Source: Parcubacteria group bacterium (GTDB lineage Bacteria; Patescibacteriota; Minisyncoccia; UBA6257; JACRHW01). From it: 60,725 nt of DNA. The notes under the pieces were generated by a model. That model saw only the letters and a list, made by a program, of their open reading frames with translations. It searched no databases and was not told where the DNA came from. The DNA is taken from positions 1-60,725 of the forward strand of contig JACRHW010000008.1 of assembly GCA_016217555.1 (NCBI GenBank), written 5' to 3'. A program made the translations under genes and the position numbers. This document shows positions 9,199 through 17,202 of this stretch, in pieces (positions within the stretch are counted from its first letter, which is position 1; every line of letters starts with the position of its first letter).

Positions 9199-9786
9199 TT
9201 ACGTTGTAGTTTTGGGTTTTGAGTTTTGGGTTTTGAGTTCTTGAAGAAGTGAGTCTAACGCGTTGTCGATTGCCTGGTCAAGAATGGTTTGCTTTTCCTC
9301 TCCTATATGTTGGAGCACGAGTCGTTCTGCCTTGAGGCGTATAGGGCTTTCACTCTCTTCGGGGCGGATACCAATCTTGAGATGCCAAAAATCTTGAGTA
9401 CCTGTGGTCTGTATGATGGATTCTATACCACGATGCCCTCCAGAGCTACCTCCAAACTTGAGTTTGAAATTGCCAAGTATGATGTCAGAATCGTCGTGGA
9501 CGACGACGAGGTGATCTGGGGGCACACTATAGTGTTTAAGGAGGGGGGCAACAACAGTACCCGACTCGTTCATGTAGCAGGAGGGTTTTGCTAGTATGAG
9601 TTCTTCTGAAGAGAATATGGTGCTTGTTATCTTCCGAAAGTTCCATCGGATAGGGATTTTGAGGATTTTTGGAGTCAGAGAAAGCTTTTGGGCGAGGTGG
9701 TCAATAGCCAAAGAACCTACATTATGATAGGTTTTTTCATACTTTTCGCCTGTATTACCAAGGCCTATAATGAGAAATTTGGACAT
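9199..9786 (-). CDS. pth: Peptidyl-tRNA hydrolase
   Basis: FLIIGLGNTGEKYEKTYHNVG at the N-terminus and HDDSD..GGHRG motifs. The C-terminal tail LKTQNSKPKTTT is encoded by an inverted R1-like repeat. Confidence 0.9.
   Translation of the reverse strand: MSKFLIIGLGNTGEKYEKTYHNVGSLAIDHLAQKLSLTPKILKIPIRWNFRKITSTIFSSEELILAKPSCYMNESGTVVAPLLKHYSVPPDHLVVVHDDSDIILGNFKLKFGGSSGGHRGIESIIQTTGTQDFWHLKIGIRPEESESPIRLKAERLVLQHIGEEKQTILDQAIDNALDSLLQELKTQNSKPKTTT
9202..9240 (-). repeat. R1-like heptamer element in inverted orientation (3' end of pth)
   Basis: The reverse complement reads gaactcaaaacccaaaactcaaaacccaaaactacaacg. It faces the 9130-9172 copy across a 29-nt gap. Confidence 0.7.
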
Positions 9787-9831
9787 TTGTGTATTCTAAA
9801 ATGTATGGTACAATTATGCCACATCGTAACG

Positions 9832-9874
9832 TCAAAAATCAAAAGTCAAAACGCAAAACTTCAACTCAAAACTA
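9832..9874 (+). repeat. R1 heptamer element, intergenic copy between pth and lepB
   Basis: Exact 43-nt copy of 9130-9172. AACTCAAAAC (9863-9872) can pair with GTTTTGAGTT (9889-9898). Confidence 0.9.
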
Positions 9875-9919
9875 AAAAATATATAATGGTTTTGAGTTTT
9901 ACATCTTTATTTTATTATT

Positions 9920-10483
9920 ATGCGTCATATTTTTCTTTTTATACTTGAGTTAGCAGAGGTGCTTGTTGTTTCACTTCTTGCTGTGTTTTTGGTGCGTTAT
10001 TTCATTGCTCAGCCCTTTTTGGTGCGTGGATCGAGCATGGAACCAACATTTTTGAATGGAAATTACCTTATTATTGATGAAATTGCCTATCGGTTTAGGC
10101 AGCCACAACGTGGGGAGGTGATTGTCTTTCGTTATCCTAAGGATTATGCTACGTTCTATATCAAGCGTATTATAGGGCTTCCTGGAGAGACGGTGGAGAT
10201 TAAAAATAATCAAGTTGTGGTGACTGAGGTGAATGGGACCGTAGGTACGTTAAGTGAGGGGTATCTTCCTCAGACCGAAAAGACAAATGGAGATATCATT
10301 CAGAAACTTCAGCCGGGGCAATATTTTGTAATGGGAGATAATAGGGAATTTAGTTACGACTCTCGTATGTGGGGGGCGGTGCCAACCAATAATATTATAG
10401 GGCTCGTGCGATTTAGACTTTGGCCTTTTGGGGCATTAAAGGTGTTTGCGTCAAGTGACTATGCAGTAGGAACTAGCAAGTAA
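9920..10483 (+). CDS. lepB: Signal peptidase I
   Basis: N-terminal TM, then GSSMEPTF, GEVIVFRYP, YIKRIIGLPGETVEI and VMGDNREFSYDSRMWG (S26 boxes). Confidence 0.9.
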   Translation: MRHIFLFILELAEVLVVSLLAVFLVRYFIAQPFLVRGSSMEPTFLNGNYLIIDEIAYRFRQPQRGEVIVFRYPKDYATFYIKRIIGLPGETVEIKNNQVVVTEVNGTVGTLSEGYLPQTEKTNGDIIQKLQPGQYFVMGDNREFSYDSRMWGAVPTNNIIGLVRFRLWPFGALKVFASSDYAVGTSK

Positions 10484-10603
10484 GGCTTACGCATTCGGCA
10501 CATTACTTCGTCAAATGCTGTGGTACTCGACGCAGTACTTCTTGTGTACAGCTTACTTCGTTCCTCGCGTTTTCCTCGTACTGCACTCGAATGCATAAGC
10601 CTT
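10482..10603 (+). repeat. R2 long-hairpin element, copy 1, directly after the lepB stop
   Basis: Outer stem AAGGCTTACGCATTCG / CGAATGCATAAGCCTT and inner hairpin GCAGTAC-N7-GTACAGC (10532-10552). Conserved blocks are shared with 12719-12836. Followed by T8 (10607-10614). Confidence 0.8.
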
Positions 10604-10642
10604 AAATTTTTTTTATAATCCTAATTCTAGATATTAAAACAT

Positions 10643-12052
10643 ATGGCTAAAAAACAAGGAGCAACAGCAGCAAAAAAGGCAGTAGCGCCTAAGGGAAAAT
10701 GGATTCCAAAAGCACCTCGCGGAATGAGGGATGTTTTGTTTGAAGAGGCGCTTGTCCGGGAAAAGATTCAGAATATCGCCTTTGAGCAGGCGCGTTATTA
10801 TTTGTACGATCGTATTGAGACGCCTATTCTTGAAGATACGGAGCTTTTTTTGCGTTCAGTTGGAGATACTACAGATATCATAGAAAAGCAGATGTATAAC
10901 CTGAAGACTGAGGGGGGTACCCAGCTTACTATGCGTCCTGAAGGGACGGCGGGTGTTGTGCGGTCTTTTATAGAGCAAGGAATGCAGAATTTACCACAAC
11001 CCGTGAAGCTTTTTTATTATGGTCCCATGTTTCGGCACGAAAATCCTCAGCGAGGGAGGTTGCGTCAGCTTTCCCAGTTTGGCGTTGAGGTGTTGGGGGA
11101 CATAAGCTCTTCTTACGATGCAGAGGTTATTTTGATATTTTTTAACATATTAAAGCAACTTAAAATAAAAGATTTGGTGGTGGAGATCAATAGTATTGGA
11201 GATAAATCATGTCGAAGTATATGGCGTACAAAGCTTAGGGATTACTACAGGAATAAACTACCTAAGGTGTGTAAAGATTGTCGTAATCGTTTTCAACGCA
11301 ATCCATTTCGTCTCCTTGATTGTAAAGAAAAGGAATGTGTCGAATATCGTGCTGGTGCGCCAACCATGCTTGATAATCTTTGTCACGACTGCAACTCGCA
11401 TTTTAAGGGGGTATTAGAATTTCTCGATGAATTGGAGATTCCTTATGCACTTTCCCCCTATCTTGTACGTGGGTTGGACTACTATACACGTACGGTTTTT
11501 GAGATTTTCTCTAATCCTGCATTTTTTGAAAAACAGGCAAAGGAACAGAAGAAAGAAGAGGAGGTAAAGAAGGGAGAAGGGGGGGGTACCGAGGGACAGG
11601 AGGTTGCTTCTTCAACTCCGCTTGCGCTTGCGGGGGGTGGTCGCTACGATGATCTTGTAAAAATGTTGGGGGGTAAGGATACTCCCGCAATGGGAGGAGC
11701 AATTGGAATAGATCGTGTGGCCGATCTCGTCGGTAAAAGCATGAACCTCAGCGAGGAGCACAACGTGCGTGTTTTTCTTGTTCAGCTTGGTATGATTGCA
11801 AAACGAAAACTCATGAAATTGAGAGAGGTGTTTAGAAAGGAGAAAATTAGTGTTGCAGAGTCATTTGGAAGAGATTCTATCAAGGCTCAGCTTAAGATTG
11901 CCGATCGTTTGCAGGCTGATTTTGTGCTTATTCTTGGACAACGTGAGGCACTCGATGATACTATTATTTTACGTGACATGAAGACGGGCTCACAGGAAAT
12001 CATCCCACTTCCAAAAATATTCGACGAGATCAAGAAGCGTCTCAAGAAGTAA
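10643..12052 (+). CDS. hisS: Histidine--tRNA ligase
   Basis: Motifs PRGMRDVL, MRPEGTAGVVRS, YYGPMFRHENPQRGRLRQLSQFGVEVLG and GGGRYD, plus a C-terminal anticodon-binding region. Confidence 0.92.
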   Translation: MAKKQGATAAKKAVAPKGKWIPKAPRGMRDVLFEEALVREKIQNIAFEQARYYLYDRIETPILEDTELFLRSVGDTTDIIEKQMYNLKTEGGTQLTMRPEGTAGVVRSFIEQGMQNLPQPVKLFYYGPMFRHENPQRGRLRQLSQFGVEVLGDISSSYDAEVILIFFNILKQLKIKDLVVEINSIGDKSCRSIWRTKLRDYYRNKLPKVCKDCRNRFQRNPFRLLDCKEKECVEYRAGAPTMLDNLCHDCNSHFKGVLEFLDELEIPYALSPYLVRGLDYYTRTVFEIFSNPAFFEKQAKEQKKEEEVKKGEGGGTEGQEVASSTPLALAGGGRYDDLVKMLGGKDTPAMGGAIGIDRVADLVGKSMNLSEEHNVRVFLVQLGMIAKRKLMKLREVFRKEKISVAESFGRDSIKAQLKIADRLQADFVLILGQREALDDTIILRDMKTGSQEIIPLPKIFDEIKKRLKK

Positions 12053-12065
12053 TGTTGCAGAAAGC

Positions 12066-12395
12066 ATGACAGAAGGTATTGGTAAAATTGAAAATAAAGG
12101 ACTGCCTGTATTTGAGGATTTAACGTTGGCAAAAAAGCTCGAATTAATTTTGGCTGTAGTAAGAGAACCCGTGAGTCGCGAACTTGCCTTTAAGTTTGCG
12201 GGTATTACTTTCGAAAGGCTTGATAACATTCGGCAGGGAGAGATTGAGGCGGTTTTTAAAAATACTGATGTAATTCAAGAGGGTGGAAAATATATTTTAA
12301 GTAATAAGGGGAAGTCAGAACTTGGTGGCAATGTCGATTTGAAATCTGGTATTAAAAGAGTCGCCGAAGTCCTTTCAAGTGATCTTGGTTTTTGA
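12066..12395 (+). CDS. Hypothetical protein (109 aa)
   Basis: ORF starting 14 nt after hisS. No recognisable motif. Confidence 0.4.
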   Translation: MTEGIGKIENKGLPVFEDLTLAKKLELILAVVREPVSRELAFKFAGITFERLDNIRQGEIEAVFKNTDVIQEGGKYILSNKGKSELGGNVDLKSGIKRVAEVLSSDLGF

Positions 12396-12481
12396 TTTTT
12401 TCTTGCCTTGACTAAATTTCTGAAAAAAGTTAAAAATAAATCCTAATACCTAATAAGCTAAAAGCTAATTACTAACATACA

Positions 12482-12718
12482 ATGGCTATTGCAATGAAAC
12501 GGAAGGGGGGGGAATCCTCCGAAGGGTTTGTGGGTCGCTTTAGAAAAGCTATACAAAAGAGTGGTGTTTTGCTTGAAGCGCGACATAGGCGTTATACCAA
12601 GCGTGTGGTGACTAAGACAAAACGACATCGTTCTGCGATGTATCGTGCAGTAAAGGTGGAGGAGTTTGCGCGACTTAAGAAACTCGGTCTTCTCGTCAAG
12701 AAGCCGGGAGCACGCTAA
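12482..12718 (+). CDS. rpsU: 30S ribosomal protein S21
   Basis: 78-aa basic protein. FVGRFRKAIQKSGVLLEARHRRYTKRVVTKTKRHRSAMYR matches the S21 pattern (RRFKR..K.G.L.E.R.R..Y.KP...RK). Confidence 0.7.
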   Translation: MAIAMKRKGGESSEGFVGRFRKAIQKSGVLLEARHRRYTKRVVTKTKRHRSAMYRAVKVEEFARLKKLGLLVKKPGAR

Positions 12719-12836
12719 AATTTACGTATTTGGCGTATTTCTTCGTCAAGAGCTCTGGTGCTCGACGCGATAGTATCTGACTATCGCTTACTCCGCTCCT
12801 CGCTTTTTCCTCGAACTCCATCCAAATACATAAATT
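12719..12836 (+). repeat. R2 long-hairpin element, copy 2, directly after the rpsU stop
   Basis: Outer stem AATTTACGTATTTGG / CCAAATACATAAATT and inner hairpin GCGATAGT-N5-ACTATCGC (12767-12787). Shares the blocks CTTCGTCAA..GCT.TGGT.CTCGACGC and GCTTACT.CG.TCCTCGC.TTTTCCTCG with copy 1. Confidence 0.8.
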
Positions 12837-12846
12837 CTAAATAATA

Positions 12847-13275
12847 ATGGGTGTAAGAGTTTTTGGTACTGTATTACAACAAAAAAAGACGGCAGCACTT
12901 GTTGCGCGTCTTTTTAGTATCTTAGAGATTCCTACGGCGAGTGTAGATATTTATTATGTAAGCGATATACGCATGCGGGAGCTCTATAAACGTTCTGGAG
13001 GAAAAGATAAGGTAACGAATGTGCTTTCGTTTCCAGAACCAAAGGGCTTTGTGGATCCTGAAATAGGTAAGGAGTTTTTGGGAGAAATCTACTTAGCTCA
13101 GAGCCATATTGCAAAGGAGGCAAAAGAGCTTAGAATTCCACGCGACGAGTGGGAGAAAAAGCTTCTTGTGCATGGCGTACTACACTTATTAGGCTTTGAT
13201 CACGAAAAGGAGTTTGATGCACTAAAAATGGAGACAAAAGAGGAATCCATTTTGAACGATTTGACAAATATATAA
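12847..13275 (+). CDS. ybeY: rRNA maturation endoribonuclease YbeY
   Basis: HGVLHLLGFDHE zinc motif. 142 aa, which is the typical size. Confidence 0.88.
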   Translation: MGVRVFGTVLQQKKTAALVARLFSILEIPTASVDIYYVSDIRMRELYKRSGGKDKVTNVLSFPEPKGFVDPEIGKEFLGEIYLAQSHIAKEAKELRIPRDEWEKKLLVHGVLHLLGFDHEKEFDALKMETKEESILNDLTNI

Positions 13276-13322
13276 ATGGTGTGGGATATTTAGGCAGATC
13301 AGAACTCGAGAGGTGGTATAGT

Positions 13323-13754
13323 ATGATGGGTGAAAATTTGGGAGATGATTTGATAAATATTGTTGACCTTGATGCTGCTCCTGTGGTGCCCGTTGGTTGG
13401 TCGGTTGTGAAACATATCAAAGGCGGACACTTTTCCTTGGACTCGACTAGGGTAAGGCTATATGTATGTCAGATCTCTCGGGGCATGAGAAATGATGATA
13501 TGTATAGGGAGATTGAGGAGGAGAATCCCTTCAATGCTAATCTTCTCGATTATTTACTTGTTCACAGGTGGCTTATTCCAAAAAAGTGGAAGGGTAAGTC
13601 TATACACTTTAGGGGTACGATTTATCGTGACCTCGATGGTGAACAGTGCGTTCGGTATTTATATTGTTGTGAAGACGAATGGCATGAAGGATATAATTAC
13701 CTTGAAGGTGATTGGGGCATCAGTGTGTCTTGTGGATCCACTGTCTCCAAGTAG
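13323..13754 (+). CDS. Hypothetical protein, paralog of 17203-17640
   Basis: ATG 13323 after GAGAGGTGG; the track ORF starts earlier at a GTG. It shares D.DA.P.VP.GWSVV.H.KGG, NAN.LD.L, IP..WK, F.GTIYRD.DG..VRYL and DW with the 17203 ORF. Confidence 0.55.
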   Translation: MMGENLGDDLINIVDLDAAPVVPVGWSVVKHIKGGHFSLDSTRVRLYVCQISRGMRNDDMYREIEEENPFNANLLDYLLVHRWLIPKKWKGKSIHFRGTIYRDLDGEQCVRYLYCCEDEWHEGYNYLEGDWGISVSCGSTVSK

Positions 13755-13766
13755 ATAATTTTAGAA

Positions 13767-13790
13767 CTCACATAAGGTGTGGGTTTTTTT
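13767..13790 (+). terminator. Intrinsic terminator
   Basis: CTCACA-taagg-TGTGGG followed by T7. Confidence 0.65.
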
Positions 13791-13890
13791 CTAACCCTCT
13801 AAAAGCTAATAGCTAGAAGCTCATCCACTATTGTCTCTATGGTGTGGATTGAAGTAGAATAAGGACAAGAGTTAACTTTTTGTTTTTGTA

Positions 13891-15105
13891 ATGATGAAAA
13901 ATTGTTTTACTGGGTTAGATATTGGTACCTCTACTATTCGTGCAGTATGGGGGCACTTGGATCGTGGAAATCTTCGTATTCTTGGCGCAAAGCGTAGGGA
14001 TTCGCAGGGGATGCGTAATGGCATGATTGTAGACATGGACGAGGCACGAAAGGCTATTGTGGAGTTTTGCTCTGAGGTTGATGCCTCTGCGCGTGATGCC
14101 TTTAAAGATACCTATGTAAACGTGGGGGGGTATCAAAGTATGGCGCGTGCATCTCGTGGTGTTGTTGCTGTCGCTCGCGCTGATGGAGAGATTTCATATG
14201 AGGATATTGATCGTGTTATTCAGGCTTCTCAGGCGATTAATCTTCCTTTGAACCGCTCTATTCTTCACGTCATTCCTCGAGAGTATTTTGTTGATGGAGT
14301 AGGGATTAAGGATCCTCTTGGAATGAATGGTATTCGTCTTGAGGTAGATAGCCTCGTTGTTGATACATTTTCTCCCGTCGTTAAAAATATCACTAAGTGT
14401 CTTGAGCCCAATGTGCGTATTGGAGGAATGATTTTTTCACCTCTTGCTTCGAGTCGTTCTGTAGTTACAAAAAATGAACGTGAAATTGGCGTAGTAGTGC
14501 TTGATATTGGGGCTGGTACAACAGGTATGGCTGTATTTGAGGAGGGGAAGCTTTTGCATGCCTCTATTTTCCCTGTTGGTTCTACGCGTATTACGAATGA
14601 TATTGCAATTGGTCTCAAAATCCCCGTTGATGCAGCAGAGAAGGTGAAACTCCTTTATGCAGGAACTTCGGATGAGGTCTCTAAAAAAGAAGTACTAGAA
14701 CTCTCAAGGATTGATCCAATCCTTGAAGGGAAGGTGTCAAAGAAGTTTATTGCCGAAATTGTTGAGGCGCGGCTTGCAGAAATTTTTGATTTTGTTAAAA
14801 CAGAGCTAAAGACCTTGGGGGACAAGCGTCTCCCTGGCGGCATTGTTCTTATTGGGGGCGGGTCACGTCTAACTGGTCTTCCAGACCTTGTAAGAAGTGA
14901 ATTAAAAATGGTAGTAAGAGTTGGTGAACCTTCTAAGATCGAATGTGAGGATAGCTCTGTCGAAGAGATGGTGCGTAGACCTGAGTTTTCAACGGCCATG
15001 GGTTTGCTTTTTTGGGGCGCTGATGAGAAGATAAGCGGTGCCACAGAATCCGAGAAGGGGTTTCTTAACAAAGTCAAAAAGATCTTCCGTATTTTCATCC
15101 CCTAA
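13891..15105 (+). CDS. ftsA: Cell division protein FtsA
   Basis: Actin-fold motifs GLDIGTSTIRAV, VLDIGAGTTGMAVFEEG and GIVLIGGGSRLTGL. Lies immediately upstream of ftsZ. Confidence 0.9.
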   Translation: MMKNCFTGLDIGTSTIRAVWGHLDRGNLRILGAKRRDSQGMRNGMIVDMDEARKAIVEFCSEVDASARDAFKDTYVNVGGYQSMARASRGVVAVARADGEISYEDIDRVIQASQAINLPLNRSILHVIPREYFVDGVGIKDPLGMNGIRLEVDSLVVDTFSPVVKNITKCLEPNVRIGGMIFSPLASSRSVVTKNEREIGVVVLDIGAGTTGMAVFEEGKLLHASIFPVGSTRITNDIAIGLKIPVDAAEKVKLLYAGTSDEVSKKEVLELSRIDPILEGKVSKKFIAEIVEARLAEIFDFVKTELKTLGDKRLPGGIVLIGGGSRLTGLPDLVRSELKMVVRVGEPSKIECEDSSVEEMVRRPEFSTAMGLLFWGADEKISGATESEKGFLNKVKKIFRIFIP

Positions 15106-15212
15106 TACGAACAAAGGATACTAATATACGAATCCATGCGAATGATACGAATGGTTACGAATACGAGTTGAGACTATTCGTATTGATTTGTATCATTAGT
15201 ATAATTCGTATA
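15100..15212 (+). repeat. R3 TACGAAT-array element upstream of ftsZ
   Basis: TACGAA(T/C) or near variants start at 15106, 15127, 15137, 15146, 15156 and 15162. Inverted ATTCGTA is at 15176 and 15204. 15126-15165 matches the reverse complement of 20853-20892 at 38/40. Confidence 0.8.
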
Positions 15213-15228
15213 TTTGTATGTTAATCTT

Positions 15229-16407
15229 ATGCCACACGTAAAACCCGATTTTCAGTCATTTGTAAAGATAAAAGTAGTTGGCGTGGGTGGCGGCGGTGGT
15301 AATGCAGTCTCTCGCATGAATAGACTCCAGATAAAAGGGGTTGATTTTGTTGCGATTAATACAGATTCTCAGGATCTTCATCAGTCAGTAGCAAAAGAGA
15401 AGATTCATATTGGAAAAAATCTTACACGCGGTCTGGGAACGGGTATGAACCCAGAGCTTGGTCGCCAGGCAGCAGAGGAGACGCGTGAGGAGATTCATGA
15501 AGTGCTTAAGGGTGCTGACATGGTATTTATTACGGCTGGACTTGGAGGAGGTACTGGTTCTGGTGCGGCCCCTGTAGTGGCTGAGATCGCCCAGGAACTT
15601 GGAGCACTTACTATCGCCGTTGTTACTAAGCCTTTTTTCTTTGAGGGCATTCAGCGCATGAGGGTGGCAGAAGCAGCCGCACAACGACTCGCAGAGCGCG
15701 TAGATACGCTTATTTTTGTTCCCAACGATCGCATTTTTAATATTATTGACAAGGATACTCCGCTGCACAAAGCATTTGAGGCAATTGACGATGTGCTCCA
15801 TCAGGCAACGCGAGGAATTGCAGAGCTTGTGAGTTTGCCGGGTATTATTAACGTGGATTTTGCAGACGTGAAAGCAATTATGCAAAACGCAGGAACTGCT
15901 ATTATCGGTATAGGAACAGCTTCGGGCGAGGATCGTGCTATTGCTGCTGCGCGTCAGGCAATTAATTCTCCGCTCCTCGAAGTTTCTATGAGTGGGGCAA
16001 AGGGTGTTCTCTTTAGCGTTGCGGGCAATGATGATCTGAAACTTTCTGAGGTTAACGAAGCCGCCAAGATAATTACCGAACCAATCGATCAGGCCGCACG
16101 TGTTATCTTTGGAGCATATCACGATGAGCGTATGAAAAAGGGGGATATTAAGGTAATTGTTATTGCAACGGGGTTCGATGGATATAAAAAAGCAGAGATG
16201 GGGTCTGACGCTAACGCAGCCAAGAAGGAGAAGGAAGAGGCCGTACACGAAACACTTGATATTGCTCTCGATACTGATATCGAAGATGAAATAGAAAAAA
16301 AGGAGGAGGAACCAGTAAAACAACAGTCATCAGGGAAGAAGGAGAAACCAGAGGATCCTATGAAGGATCATTGGGATATACCCGCATTTTTAAGAAAGAA
16401 GAGGTAG
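15229..16407 (+). CDS. ftsZ: Cell division GTPase FtsZ
   Basis: Motifs [33 protein letters not shown] and NVDFADV. The track ORF starts at TTG 15214; ATG 15229 is preferred. Acidic C-terminal linker and a DIPAFLRKK tail. Confidence 0.95.
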   Translation: MPHVKPDFQSFVKIKVVGVGGGGGNAVSRMNRLQIKGVDFVAINTDSQDLHQSVAKEKIHIGKNLTRGLGTGMNPELGRQAAEETREEIHEVLKGADMVFITAGLGGGTGSGAAPVVAEIAQELGALTIAVVTKPFFFEGIQRMRVAEAAAQRLAERVDTLIFVPNDRIFNIIDKDTPLHKAFEAIDDVLHQATRGIAELVSLPGIINVDFADVKAIMQNAGTAIIGIGTASGEDRAIAAARQAINSPLLEVSMSGAKGVLFSVAGNDDLKLSEVNEAAKIITEPIDQAARVIFGAYHDERMKKGDIKVIVIATGFDGYKKAEMGSDANAAKKEKEEAVHETLDIALDTDIEDEIEKKEEEPVKQQSSGKKEKPEDPMKDHWDIPAFLRKKR

Positions 16408-16615
16408 CCTTTCTGAGCGATGAATTAGCACTGTTATGTTTGAATTCTCTGAGCAATAATTTACAGAGGTAAAAGAAAAAGGGGAGGGGCTTTATAAAAC
16501 ACTTGGTGAGGTATATTGTCCATATTTCAAGGAGAAAATTTCTTTCGGGGCGCAGGGCCTCGAACATCTTAAGTTCAAACGTAGAGAAAAAGCTCGTTTA
16601 GAACAAGATCAGTAC

Positions 16616-16912
16616 ATGAGGTTTAGGCTTTTACATTTAGCGCCCGAGATATTAAAATCATCTCACACGCTTCAGGGGATACTTGAGACAAAGAAGTTTG
16701 AGCGAACACGAGTGCACGGCCGAACAGACACTTTGTTAAAAGGAGTAATTTATTATGAATTTATTGCTGTTTTAAAAAGAAATCGAGTGAGGATTATCAT
16801 TAAGCAGGTAGAAGGTGGGCAAAAGTTCTTTTGGAGTATTGTTCCTTTCTGGGGAATGAATACGAAAACAATGATTAGGGTACTCCATGATGGCATACCG
16901 GAGGAGGATTAG
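16616..16912 (+). CDS. Hypothetical protein, possibly the remnant of a longer gene
   Basis: 98-aa ORF from ATG 16616. The same frame stays open back to a stop at 16457 and reads ...LGEVYCPYFKEKISFGAQGLEHLKFKRREK..., with no ATG/GTG/TTG in that stretch. Confidence 0.35.
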   Translation: MRFRLLHLAPEILKSSHTLQGILETKKFERTRVHGRTDTLLKGVIYYEFIAVLKRNRVRIIIKQVEGGQKFFWSIVPFWGMNTKTMIRVLHDGIPEED

Positions 16913-16914
16913 AA

Positions 16915-16944
16915 ATAAAAAATCCGCCAAGTGGCGGGTTTTTA
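16915..16944 (+). terminator. Intrinsic terminator
   Basis: AAAAAATCCGCC-aagt-GGCGGGTTTTT. Confidence 0.75.
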
Positions 16945-17129
16945 TGGGTGTTTGGCTACAGCTTGAAAGCCGTGAGAGGGCGAACCCTCCAAACACCTAT
17001 CTAGAGTATAGTCGGACTTGAGGAAAAGTCAAGGTAATTTGTATTACGCAACAAGTCCCCGTCATGCGATCTTGACAAATCCACGAAATCGGGTATATTC
17101 AAATCAGTACATGATGCGTACTCCTGCAA

Positions 17130-17162
17130 GTCCCGTTAGAGGCTGTGTGCCTCTAACGGGAC
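17130..17162. other. Perfect 14-bp hairpin with no U-tract, upstream of 17203
   Basis: GTCCCGTTAGAGGC-tgtgt-GCCTCTAACGGGAC. Neither strand has a flanking T-run. Confidence 0.6.
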
Positions 17163-17202
17163 AAGGGAAAAAGCATCAAAAAAACGAAAAGGAGAACCAA
17201 CA

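Noticed and set aside
9130-9874. R1 repeats considered as a possible CRISPR array.
   Set aside because: There are only two identical copies, 660 bp apart with a gene between them, plus an inverted relative. The repeats are internal 7-nt tandem units, not 25-40-nt repeats with regular spacers, and there are no cas genes.
10482-10603. R2 elements considered as small-peptide genes (frames reading ..AVVLDA...LLRSS.FPRT..).
   Set aside because: The peptide similarity follows trivially from DNA identity. There is no start codon or SD, another frame has a stop in copy 2, and the substitutions are paired across helices rather than synonymous.
15385-16323. 312-aa antisense ORF inside ftsZ.
   Set aside because: The + strand encodes an unmistakable FtsZ. 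The antisense product is low-complexity with no motifs.
16947-16997. Small three-helix fold (GGTGTTTGG...CCAAACACC enclosing GGCT..AGCC and GAGGG-cgaa-CCCTC), considered as a hammerhead-like ribozyme.
   Set aside because: The conserved CUGANGA and GAAA core elements are absent. It is just a plausible hairpin cluster downstream of a terminator.
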